Shown piece by piece: positions 36,961 to 47,771 of a stretch of DNA of 57,388 nucleotides. The notes below the pieces were generated by a model that saw nothing but the letters and a program-made list of their open reading frames with translations, was not told the origin of the DNA and searched no databases. This DNA comes from an uncultured virus (IMG/VR IMGVR_UViG_2061766007_000738). Lineage: Duplodnaviria; Heunggongvirae; Uroviricota; Caudoviricetes. The stretch lies in IMG/VR virus record IMGVR_UViG_2061766007_000738; one strand, given 5' to 3'. Position 1 is the stretch's first letter. Every line of letters starts with the position of its first letter. The translations under genes were made by a program, and so were the position numbers.

Positions 36961-37593
36961 NNNNNNNNNNNNNNNNNNNNNNNNNNNNNNNNNNNNNNNN
37001 NNNNNNNNNNNNNNNNNNNNNNNNNNNNNNNNNNNNNNNNNNNNNNNNNNNNNNNNNNNNNNNNNNNNNNNNNNNNNNNNNNNNNNNNNNNNNNNNNNNN
37101 NNNNNNNNNNNNNNNNNNNNNNNNNNNNNNNNNNNNNNNNNNNNNNNNNNNNNNNNNNNNNNNNNNNNNNNNNNNNNNNNNNNNNNNNNNNNNNNNNNNN
37201 NNNNNNNNNNNNNNNNNNNNNNNNNNNNNNNNNNNNNNNNNNNNNNNNNNNNNNNNNNNNNNNNNNNNNNNNNNNNNNNNNNNNNCCCTGATTATTATTC
37301 CCGCCACCACTGAACGCATTAGCCGCGACGTTTGTCATCATTGCGGTCGTACCCAATGCCGCCGCAGGAAGTGCGATGTTCCATAGGTTGCGATTGGCGG
37401 TGTAGTGCTTATACCCAACGCTATTTGCACCGAGCAACCGTTGTGCCCAACTATCAAACTTTCGTTCAACCGGACCAAGTTTAGGTGCCACCGGAGGCTT
37501 CGGAGTAGGTTCGCCGGAATCGTAAGGAACCTCGGCGTCTCCGGGAATATCGCCTACTTCGTCGGCTACTTTTGCCAAACCCTCAAACAACAT
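36961..37593 (-). CDS. Putative head-packaged protein (3' end inside a gap)
   Basis: Starts MLFEGLAKVAD; hydrophobic segment IALPAAALGTTAMM. Confidence 0.45.
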
Positions 37594-38553
37594 TATCCCA
37601 CCCGTTGAAGAAGTTGCTCAACCACATTCAGCAGATTATCGATCCGACTCAGAACCACGTCCTGATTCTCACGCGTCTCGGAGGTTTCGCGACGAAGCCC
37701 TTGAATGTCGGTGCGGACAGCATTGACGTTACGAGCAAGACTCGAAACGCTCTTGTCCAGCTTTTCGTTCTGTTTGACCACCGAATCCACCGTCTTCAGA
37801 ATATCCGGGTNNNNNNNNNNNNNNNNNNNNNNTCACCCTGCGGAGCAGGCATACCGCTATGCGGATCAATTTGCTGTCCGGTGGTCGGATCGACAATCAT
37901 TCCGGTATTAGGGTCTATCGGCATGCCGGTGGCATCGTCAATCATCATACCCGTGGAAGGATCGAAAGTCTGTCCGGGACCCTGTTGGGGAACCGGAGCT
38001 TCTTGTGCCGGAGCTTCGGGAGCCGGCGNNNNNNNNNNNNNNNNNNNNNNNNNNNNNNNNNNNNNNNNACATCCTCTTGCGGGGCTTCACCACCCTGCGG
38101 AGGAACTTCACCCTGCGGCTGAGCACCCGCATCACCCGCCTGCTGACGCGCTTGTTCGATCATCTGAATGGCTTGGTTGGGATCAAGCGGCTGACCCTCG
38201 GGGGTGGCGAACTCCTGCAAAGACTTATTGAAAAGAATACCGGTCAGCGGATCCTGTTCGATGCCCTGTTGCGGGTCAAGAACGATAAAACCGGTTTCGG
38301 CATCAATGGGTTCGCCGTTGGGACCTTGGACGATTTGAATGTTCGGAGCACCACCTTGCGGAGCACTCTGTTCCGGCGGAGGCATCGGAGCACCACCCTG
38401 TTCAGGCGGCATCTGCGCACCAGGATCTTGCGGAGCGACCGCGCCTTCCGGGGGCATCGCTCCGGCTTGCTGGGCGTTCATCGCCTCTTGGGTGTAGGGA
38501 ACGAATGCAACCTTATTAAGGAAGGCTTTGGCGTAAGGGGTCTGCTCGAACAT
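37593..38553 (-). CDS. P/Q-rich protein with DPxTG repeats and C-terminal coiled coil
   Basis: Starts with LNKVAFVP; two clusters of D-P-x-T-G repeats; heptad C-terminus; joined across two gaps. Confidence 0.6.
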
Positions 38554-38591
38554 GGATTAAGATTCCTGTGTTGAAAAGATGTTTCGTATTG

Positions 38592-38619
38592 AATATGTGT
38601 TGTTTTCAGAAAATGTCAA
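38592..38619 (-). promoter_or_regulatory. Possible sigma70-type promoter TTGACA-N16-CATATT
   Basis: Perfect -35 overlapping the RNAP stop codon and a 4/6 match to -10, in an AT-rich spacer upstream of the gene at 38553. Confidence 0.35.
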
Positions 38620-41600
38620 TCTGCGTCGGGTATTTCGACTGCAGTATCGTAAGTGATCTTTCCCTGCCGGAGCGCTTGAAGCATCGCCGCCTTCGACGGG
38701 AATTTAATAGGTTTACCCTTCGGAGGACGGGAGGCGATATAAAGACCCTGAGAAAATTCCTCCATCGGCACGCCGGTGTATGCCTTAAGTGTAGCAGGAT
38801 TTAGCAAGTTCTTCGAGGGAACCATTCGTTCCGCAGCTTCTTGTACAGCTTTGCGGGACACCGGAACATGGAAAGACATAGTGTCCTGAACCACGGTACC
38901 GTCCCAGAGCGGGAAGGTATACGGTCCGGGAATGGTCATATCCCAACCTTCCGTGCAGGAAGACTCGATAACTTTATCTATTCGCACCCATTTAATATCC
39001 GTGCGGCGAACTAACGCACACCATTCCTTGGCGAACTGTTCCGCTTCTTCAGGTGTGTGTTTATGTTTATTCTGAGAATAATCGCGGTAAGCGCTCCAAT
39101 CAGCCTGTTCCATCCGCTCTGCCATCTTCAGCGCAATAGCGCGTGAAGTATGTCCGTGTTTGACCATGGCGTTGACGCAAGTTGGCCAATGATTAATATC
39201 TGGATCGGGAATTGCGGCAAACTCACCGCGCATGAATCTAGGTGCGGGTACGATATCACACCTATCGGGTATACTGGAAGTCACGAGGTCAGCGAAGATC
39301 GCCTCCAGCTTATTCTGGGAGTCTTCATGGAACAGGCGGAATTGCGAAGTGCGCAAGCTGAGTTGTCTGACATCTTCACAAGAAAACCTTATCCCATAAC
39401 AATCCATCGTGGAGTTGACCCCGCGATAGGTGTACACGGACGTTCTTATATTCAGTTTACGACAGAGCTCTTGAATACTATCACGGAGGTAACAACTTAC
39501 TGTATCGTACTGGATTGTTTTATTATAGGCGTCCTTTTGTTTACAGTAGCGGTATGAAACACTCCCGTCCGTAGAGAGCAGCCCTGACAGAATGCCAGCG
39601 AGGTGCGCTTGAGACCCACAGAGGCATTGCCAGGGTATCCGTTTATTTTCCGCACCCGTTCCTATGAGCTCTTTAAGGTCTTGTGCGGCGTCACGTTCTA
39701 TCCCGAAACGTATTTTATGCTTGAGGGTTTTTCCAAAACTGCCTGTTGCAGATATTTCTTGATCAACCGGATCGCGATATATCGGGACTATACTTTTTTC
39801 TCCCGATGTCAGCTCGATCATGTGTTTACGAATGTCTTCGCAATTCGCGGCGATGTAAACATACCCCTGCGCGTCTACCCAGCCGTCACCAATTACTGCT
39901 CCGATGAATTCTCCCAGTTTATAGCTTAACGCGACTTGTTTTCCCAGCTTAATGTAGTTGAGACAATTCTCCGGTTCATTCTGCGTACTGAAGTTCACCA
40001 CAGGCGACAGCCGCCCAACGCTTTCTTGCGGAGTGCTCCGTTCCAGTTCCATGGTCTCCGGATTGAGCGTAATCAGCGAATGGTCCTCCGATGCTGTAAT
40101 TACGCGCCTAAAACCACCCAAGGAGCTGACCTCAACGGTATACATCTTCAATCCGACATGCCGCGATATTTTCTGTATCGGTGCGCAGACACGATCTCCG
40201 GTCTCGGGATCAATAGTATCCACGAACCAGTCCGGTTGACAATCCCATTCCGTAACAGTGTCAGACTTCTGAACTTCGGTCCCAGGGACCACTGGAATTT
40301 CGCTAATCGGTAACGCAATGGCGCAACAAGCGACACGGGAAGTTTTTTCAATCATGGTATTTACCCTCTCGTTAGGTTGGTTAATACCATAATCTACACT
40401 CGATTCAGAATTTTTCAAGAGCTGTTTTAGCTTTTCTTGCGAAATTGCCACTCTTACCATGTTCCGTATTGAATCGCCGTCGTGATCGGAGTTCATGCCC
40501 TTAGCGATAAGCGGATTGTATCTGACAGTGTTGCCCTTGGTAATTTTGGGCCACAATGCCATGATATTGTATTTATGCAGGGTGGGTGCTCTGTTCACGA
40601 GTACCGGACGTTTCTTCATTTCCTCTTCCAACGCATCCTTGGCCACGGCGGTTCTATTCTGAACCTCCTTCATGGCTTCAGAGAGCGGGTACCCTCTCAN
40701 NNNNNNNNNNNNNNNNNNNNNNNNNNNNNAAGGCGCGCCATGCACCATCCTCGGGAAGGCCGACTTCGTCCAAGCCTAACCTACTGTCCGGTGAAATTAC
40801 AGCCAATCCGCCCAAATCCGCAGTAGCACCAAAAACCTTCCTATGAAGGCTTCCAAACTTAGGCGAACCTTTTCCGAAAGCCCATTTGAGCACGCCTTCG
40901 ACACCTTTGTCCTGCAACTTCTTATCCGGGGAGTCGATCATCCCTATGACTGCCTTTACCGACTCATGCAGATTCTTTCGCGCATCCAAAAGCATCTCAT
41001 CAGGGAGTTGGCCCTGTGCATCTTTGAAGTCCTGCGCGGCATCGATCATGGTCTTATAGAGATAATTGGCGTCGGAGACGATGCCCACAGCGTTACCCAT
41101 GACTGAAACCGGTCTATACTTGGGCGGCAGAATCGGAAGTCTTGTAAGGAAGAGATCCTGCGGATCCTTATGCTCACGAAGAATACCGGCAAGTGCGCGG
41201 TAGCGCTTGAGCAACTTATCCCGCTTGAGCGCCGGAAGCTTTTCCGTCTTCAACGTTTTCTGCACTTTGAGAAATTCCTTCTCCAGATCCAACGAACCAA
41301 GGATATCCCTGATGGCATCCGGACCGGTCTTGCCGTTTACTTGTTGTTCGCCGTTAAGAACGCCTTGGAAGTCTTTCTCCTTCCATCCAAGTATGGATAC
41401 CACCGCCTTTTCCATCAGCGGATTCAGAATCGGTTNNNNNNNNNNNNNNNNNNNNNNNNNNNNNNNNNNNNNNNNNNNNNNNNNNNNNNNNNNNNNNNNN
41501 NNNNNNNNNNAGGTGCTGTTGTTCTGCACTTGACGATTGCCGGTGAGTTTCTCGACATCCGGTTCCGTAGCGGCGTACATGTGGATGCGATTACCGCGGT

Positions 41601-44600
41601 CTTCAAGATTCACGCCCGCGGCGCGGAGGTGTTCGAAAAACTTCTTGTGCACCAATGGAATCCCAGGAGTGGGCACTGCTTCGCCATTCCGCACCGCTCT
41701 CCAGAAATCGTGGTTGGCTTGTCCGCGAACGAGCTTGGTGTCTTTCATGACTTCCGACTTGAGTCCGGTGTGCCCGAAAAGCGCGCCTATTTCCATCGAA
41801 CCGAACCTACGCGCGGAATTTTCGCCGCCTTTGAGCGGGAGATCTTCCATCGTATAATCGCCGGTTCCACGTGCCTTCTCCTTTTTCTCCCCCATGTGTT
41901 TGAACTTGAGGTAATAGAGATAACCAGTGGAAACATCCGGAACGGTCTTTCCAGTATTCGGATCAAGCAGATTTTCCGACTCCTTCAACCCGTGATCCTG
42001 CAGCATCTGCATGACGGTATCCGCCATCGGCTCTTCCGAGAAGTCTTTCCAAACGATCGGCTTACCAGTGGCTTTGGCGATCTTACCAAGCTGCAACGAA
42101 CCGAGAACCATGGGATTGACGCGGCTGGGAAGACCGAGCGGGGACTGATAGACTTCGAAGGGTTCACCGTTCTCGTCCTGCAACATCTCGTTGTCGGGAA
42201 GGATCTGCCCGATGATGCCTTTGTTGCCGAAAACGGTGGAGTTGCCCGACCACAGCGCTTTGCCGTTTCTACGCACATACAGCGTGTGGTACTTGGGAAC
42301 AGTACAGCAGTAAATCACACCATCGTACTGCTCCCAGCACTCGGAGTACTGATCCGTGCGGGGGTTCACATACAAAGGGGCTTCTTCAACCCCACCCACC
42401 GGAGCTTGGGTGTAATACCAACGAGGGGATCCATAGATATCGGTCGATTCCTCAAGAGTGATGAAGTCGTGACCTTCTTGCTTTATCACGTGCTTATGGT
42501 TGGGCGTAACGAAGGTGTCGATCGAAGCCGTCTCCAGATGATACATGGGACCGCTATAGTTGTAGCACTCAAGATGAGTCGGGGTCTGGAGCTCGAAGTG
42601 CTGATCTTCGGGGTCCATCGTCCATACCGTATCCTTTAGTGTCAACTCCTCAAAGGGTATCCATCCGCGGGTTCCGGTGAGTATTTCGGTGTCGCGGGCG
42701 AAGCACATTTTGTCCCCAACTTTCGCTGGAGTAATGGCTTTAGTATAAATGGAAATGTTTTTGTTAGTGCGCCCGATATCCATCACCGTACCGGGATAAT
42801 CGTGTTCCCATGTTTTGACGATGGGCGTGATCGGGTGTTTGGAGACACCTTTGATTCCGGGCTCACGAGTACCAATGGCAAGCACCATCGGATCGCCCTT
42901 ATGCAACTCGGTACCGGGCATGACGATACCGTCATCACCAATGGTTTCGAGCTGATCCTTGGTAAAGTCGGATGTATCGAACGCTTTCAAAAAGCGTTGT
43001 TTATCGTAAACGGTCTCGTTATCAACCGGTGTGCGCGTTTTATAGAGTTGCTCGGAGGCGAGCTTGGTCTTTGCCGCGGATTCGGAGATGGTAATAGCGT
43101 CCAATGCAGTTCCGGCATTGGGACCACTCACCATCGCAACCTTGAGGTTCACACCGATCGCGGCGTTACCTCTATCATCCGTATAGTTGGACGCAACCAG
43201 CGGTTGCCCCTTGGTGATAACGTCGCCTTCTTTAACAAGCGGGCGTTGCGACAGCCACCCCATATTGTTGGCGGGTAACTGATTATAGAGCTGGATCTTG
43301 TGCTGCTTGCCTTTGCGATCACGATAGATGACTTCGTCATCGGTAGCGCGTGTCACCACACCGTCAGCGTCGGCAAACTTAGCACCCAACTTACAACCCA
43401 TGTAGGCTTCGGTCGTGGAATCGGAACCGTCCTCATTGGGCAGATAACGCTGAACCAGCGGAGCTTCGCGTGCAGGAAGCGACATAGCCTGCGAAGAGGC
43501 TTTGGAACCGAGCATGGTACGATTGGAACGAAGAGCTCCGATACCGGCGATGAATCCGGTATTATCGGACATCATCCGCGAAGAGTCCGCAACATAGAAG
43601 TCCACATCCTTCCGCGGCATATATTCCAGATCGCCGCCGTGTCTGAATGCGGGGATGAATTCTTCAGGATCCGCTTTGGGATCGAAATATTCCGGCGTGG
43701 CTACATTGCCCTTGGAGATGGTGTCCATGTCCACATAGGCAGGAGTGCCGTCTTTGGAAAGCATCTTCGTCCAGAGTCTGCCGCGGGAATCCTTTTTGAC
43801 TCCGTGAGTCGCAAATACTTGAAGTCCAACAGTTTGGCTTTCCGGGCTATTACCACACCAGAAACCTAGAGTACTCTCCCCACGCCGACAGTACACCAAC
43901 CCTCCGGGAACCGTCGGGCAGTATACCACACCGTTATATTGTTCCAAGTAGAACCCCTTGGCGAGCAACTCATGATCCGGCTCAGTATCATCCAGAAAAC
44001 GGGTACGCACGCTCAATCCGGTGAGCCGATGGATATCTTCGGCGTATTCTACAGTCAACCAATTACCGTTGACAACGTACATTCGATGGTTGGGGGTGAC
44101 AAGATAAGCGATACGATCATCTTTGTAACCGCAGAGCTTACCGACATAAGAATACGCATGGATCAGTTGTGGAGGGTGAAACTCAATTTTATCGTCGACC
44201 AGACAAGCGAGCTCATCCTCGGCGTTCAAGTCTTGAACTTTTTTCCAACCCTTTTTTGTCATCAGCTCGGTATCTTGAGCGTAGCAACGGATCGGATCTA
44301 TAAATCCAAGGTACGAATTGTTCACGCCACGACTCTCATCCGATGCGGCTCTTTCCGTTCCAAGACCGCCCTCGCCGATACGCGTGACCGAAGTGGTGAA
44401 ATCCAACGCCTCAATGGGGCTTGCTCCATCTATGTAGCCAGCGTGGCGATCTTCTTGGAAAATCGCATCTACGTGGGGCTGGAACACACCAGTAGGTACA
44501 TCCTTGAGATTTCCGTTCTTATCGATCTTGTTCAGCAACTTCCTGAACATGCCGCCACCATCACGGACGATGCGTTCCGGGAGATAATCCGCGGCTCCCA

Positions 44601-45543
44601 TGATGGTCTGGAACTGCAGGGCATCGCGATCGTCGGTTTCATCATCGGAGTAGGTCTGAGCTACGCGGAGGATCTTATTGGTGGCGGCGAGAACCGCATC
44701 CCCGGTAAGCTTTTCGAAGGGTTGACCCAGTGTAGTGGTCGTGGTATCCTTGTCGAGGAGCGTCTTCGACAACTTGTCATTCCACAGCTCCGCATACTCC
44801 GCGGCTTCGCGTTTGGATTTGCCCTCGATAATATTAGCGTACTTCTTGTAGTTGTTGTCGAACAACTCATCGCCCCATGCCGCTCGAATTTCATCGGGAG
44901 ACTTACCGGACGCCAGAAGCAACGGAAGAAGACCGTAATTGCGGGTTCCGAACTTCCACGTGAACACACCATTAGTCGGGCTCAGCATAATATTGGATTG
45001 CCGACCAGTACCTTGGGCGGGGTTTACATGGGTGGCTATGATACCGTCACCTTTGATACGGGTATACATACCCGGGCGGAGACGGAACATATTCCGCAGA
45101 CCGTATTCGTTACCGCTTCGGATGAACACACCACGGTTGGTCATATAGGGCACGCTCACCAGTGTGTTATTATCTTTGCGGTCGATAACTTTACCGGTGG
45201 CTTTATCATAAAGCACCCAATCACCTTTCAGGCGTGTACCCAACGTCTTCCCTTCCAGCAACGCCAGCTTCTCGTCCTGCGGGGTATAGTCTTTGTCCTG
45301 GTAGTGAAGGTTTTCCACTGCAAGGACGTACTTGTCACTCTCCAGCGGAAAACGTGTGTTGACCGCCGCGGCTACGTTGTCCAAGGTGCGTTTCCGCACC
45401 TCCGGATAATCGGTTAAGTCGTAGGGCTCATCACCCTGTTCGAAATAGCCGAGGTAGGGAACCTTGTTGCCCTGCGNNNNNNNNNNNNNNNNNNNNNNNN
45501 NNNNAGTCAGTTGCGGGGAGAGAAGTTCGTTGAGATCAGGCAT
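38616..45543 (-). CDS. rpoB: DNA-directed RNA polymerase beta fused to the N-terminal half of beta' (three inteins)
   Basis: Beta motifs VPYMTNRGVFIRSG, GEGGL, GDKM/..GNKG, PLGLPSRVN, YYLKFKH and RFGSME. In the same frame follow beta' motifs LPILPPKYRP, DANYLY and AVISPD..L.LDEVGLP. After a 30-N gap: VLVNRAPTLHKYNI and NSDHDGD/TMSFHVP. Confidence 0.92.
38883..40472 (-). mobile_element. Intein with LAGLIDADG homing endonuclease, 530 aa, Ser start and Gln-Asp end
   Basis: Removing it restores NSDHDGD-TMSFHVP. Block B ASEDH; endonuclease motifs FIGAVIGDG and ILSGLLSTDG; blocks F/G GWDMTIPGPYTFPLWDGTVVQD followed by T. Confidence 0.9.
42241..42705 (-). mobile_element. Mini-intein (155 aa) in the beta GDK motif
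   Basis: CFARDTEILT...VTPNH...VRRNGKALWSGN followed by S; removal restores GDKM-STVFGNKG. Confidence 0.9.
43849..44286 (-). mobile_element. Mini-intein (146 aa) in beta region D
   Basis: CYAQDTELMTKKGW...VTPNH...FWCGN followed by S; removal restores DPIR-SPESQTVGL (cf. CPIETPEGPNIGL). Confidence 0.9.
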
Positions 45544-46377
45544 CAGAGTTGTGCGGCTTTCTCTTTCAGATCTTCGATATAGGTCTGTTCTTCGCGCTTG
45601 GTCGGGAGCGTCTGCTCATTGCCGAGCACCACTTGAAGTGCGGACGGGGTGTTGGTAAGATTTTGCGGCATCACCACATCTTCCAACATTTTCAGCTTCT
45701 GACGGTTCTCGTCCTTCTTCTTGGTGTAGAGATAGGTAGCATNNNNNNNNNNNNNNNNNNNNNNNNNNNNNNNNNNNNNNNNNNNNNNNNNNNNNNNNNN
45801 NGGACCGGAGGCCTGCTTGCTCACACCCTGAAGTTCGAGATGTCGCGCGTACAGGCGATCAAGTTTGTTGCGAAGATCCGCAATTTCCTTGTCGAGTTCT
45901 TGCTCACGATCCTCTTCCATGATCTTTTTGGTAGCATTGCCGATAGCGAAGGCAGTAGGAATCGCCACCAAGGGCGGGATCAGTGCGGCGGNNNNNNNNN
46001 NNNNNNNNNNNNNNNNNNNNNNNNNNNNNNNNNNNNNNNNNNNNCGACTTGCTTTCCAACTTCTTCGGTTCATTTAGCCCAATCTCCCGCACCTCCTTGA
46101 CCGCAGCAACTTCCGGAGCACTGTTGGGTGCGTTGTAAGAATAGAGCGCGTTGACTTTGTTCTTATGGATTTCTTGACGTTTGCGGTCCCACGCCTTTTC
46201 TGCAACTTTGTTGGCAATGNNNNNNNNNNNNNNNNNNNNNNNNNNNNNNNNNNNNNNNNNNNNNNNNNNNNNNNNNNNNNNNNNNNNNNNNNNNNNNNNN
46301 NNNNNNNNNNNNNNNNNNNNNNNNNNNNNNNNNNNNNNNNNAATATACCAAGGGCTGTCAGCAGCAGTCTTATGCAT
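45543..46377 (-). CDS. Putative head-packaged membrane-active protein
   Basis: Starts MHKTAA; KQAS motif; hydrophobic segments; joined across gaps. Confidence 0.5.
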
Positions 46378-46783
46378 CGAGATCCTCAACGATACGTATA
46401 TATTCCAGATAAGTTAAATAGACAATAATAGCCGCGCCGTCGATCACACGTTCTTCCCAGCCGATATTGATCGAAGAGCCCTGTTCCGACGCAAGATTTA
46501 CCAACTCCGCATAAGCTTTCCTATCCGTTTCGCTGGTAAGATCCCAACGAACGCATCGACAACAGACACGCAACGGCACATCTGCGGGATCCGCGATGTT
46601 GTCCCATTTACCGATGATCTTGGTAGTACCGGCATACGTGATCGGTTGCGTCTTGAGCAACTTGTCGAGTGTGTCTTCCGAGATCGGTTTCGGAGACGCG
46701 GGAATGGTGGTTTTCAACGGCGTAACATCGCCGTTATCGTCCTTCTCCCGTTCAGGAGCGAGGACTATTTGATCAGGACCCAT
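46370..46783 (-). CDS. Hypothetical protein
   Basis: Intact 137-aa ORF coupled to its neighbours. Confidence 0.6.
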   Translation of the reverse strand: MGPDQIVLAPEREKDDNGDVTPLKTTIPASPKPISEDTLDKLLKTQPITYAGTTKIIGKWDNIADPADVPLRVCCRCVRWDLTSETDRKAYAELVNLASEQGSSINIGWEERVIDGAAIIVYLTYLEYIRIVEDLDA

Positions 46784-47085
46784 CAGACGAACCTATCGTA
46801 GGGTTTAACCTTAGGTTGCTTGGCGAGTTGTTCCTTGCGCTCCATCAGCGCGGCGATCCGTCGTTGCGTAACGTCGATCTCAGTTTCCAGCGCTTCGCGC
46901 TCGAGCTCTTTATCCGTGTTTTCCGTCACGCTAGACGGCGACAGCGCACGTGCGATGCCCCAACCGCTCAAACCGCCTAATGAGGCGAGTCCGAGCGTAC
47001 CGGCGGTATACAAACCAACGCCCGCGTCCGCAAACGCTTTAGCGGTGGTTGCAATGCTATCCAAAATTCCTGCGGTTTTTTTCAT
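46783..47085 (-). CDS. Small glycine-zipper protein
   Basis: Starts MKKTAG; GTLGLASLGGLSGWG segment followed by a coiled coil. Confidence 0.6.
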   Translation of the reverse strand: MKKTAGILDSIATTAKAFADAGVGLYTAGTLGLASLGGLSGWGIARALSPSSVTENTDKELEREALETEIDVTQRRIAALMERKEQLAKQPKVKPYDRFV

Positions 47086-47100
47086 CGATAAAAACTCCTA

Positions 47101-47759
47101 TCAGTGTCCAAAGACGGTGGACGCAATCAACGCGGCTCCAGGACCTAATGTATTTGCGACAGCACCAAGTATAGCAGTGGATTTGGGATTCGGCAAACCG
47201 AGAATGTTCGCCGTAAGGTACCCAATCGCCATACCAGTAGCGGCACTCTGCCCCGTAGCGATCGCCTGCCCGACGAGATCACTACCCGTGACCGTCGCTG
47301 TTGGCGGGGCGTTAAATGAGGTCAGCAACGTGCTTGCTTGGAGCTTCATTTCCGGTGAAAGCGCCGGATTATCGTTGATCATCTNNNNNNNNNNNNNNNN
47401 NNNNNNNNNNGGTGCATCGGCGCGTATTCTTTGAAACCATACCATGGCGCACCCGGAGCATAATGAATTCCTGCACCAAGCGCAAGACCACCCAAGGCAC
47501 CCAGCCAACCCCACATTTTCCGCTGTTCTGCTCGATCTTCAGCAGTGGTGTATTTATCGAGATCCTCGATTCGATCGGCGAATTGGGGAGACGTCAACCT
47601 TACCAGCTTCTTTGTAAGCCACGGACCGGCATGATAACCAGCAAGACCCAGTCCCGCACCCGTAACGAGTGTTCCTACAATAGGACTGCCCAAGGTCAGT
47701 GCTCGAAAAGCCTTATTAAGCTTTCCAAAATTGAAATTGAGGATGCCTTCACCGGCCAT
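47101..47759 (-). CDS. Glycine-zipper membrane-like protein
   Basis: GTLVTGAGLGLAG, LGALGGLALGAG and TGMAIG segments; two fragments joined across a gap. Confidence 0.55.
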
Positions 47760-47771
47760 GTTTGTTATTTC

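Noticed and set aside
27837..45417. Long plus-strand ORFs (27837..29267, 29327..30562, 31746..33722, 41170..42639, 43939..45417)
   Set aside because: They are antisense shadows of codon-biased minus-strand genes and show no recognisable motifs.
33583..45543. Bacterial chromosomal rpoBC operon
   Set aside because: There are no ribosomal protein neighbours, the motifs are highly divergent, and capsid and tail genes flank it.
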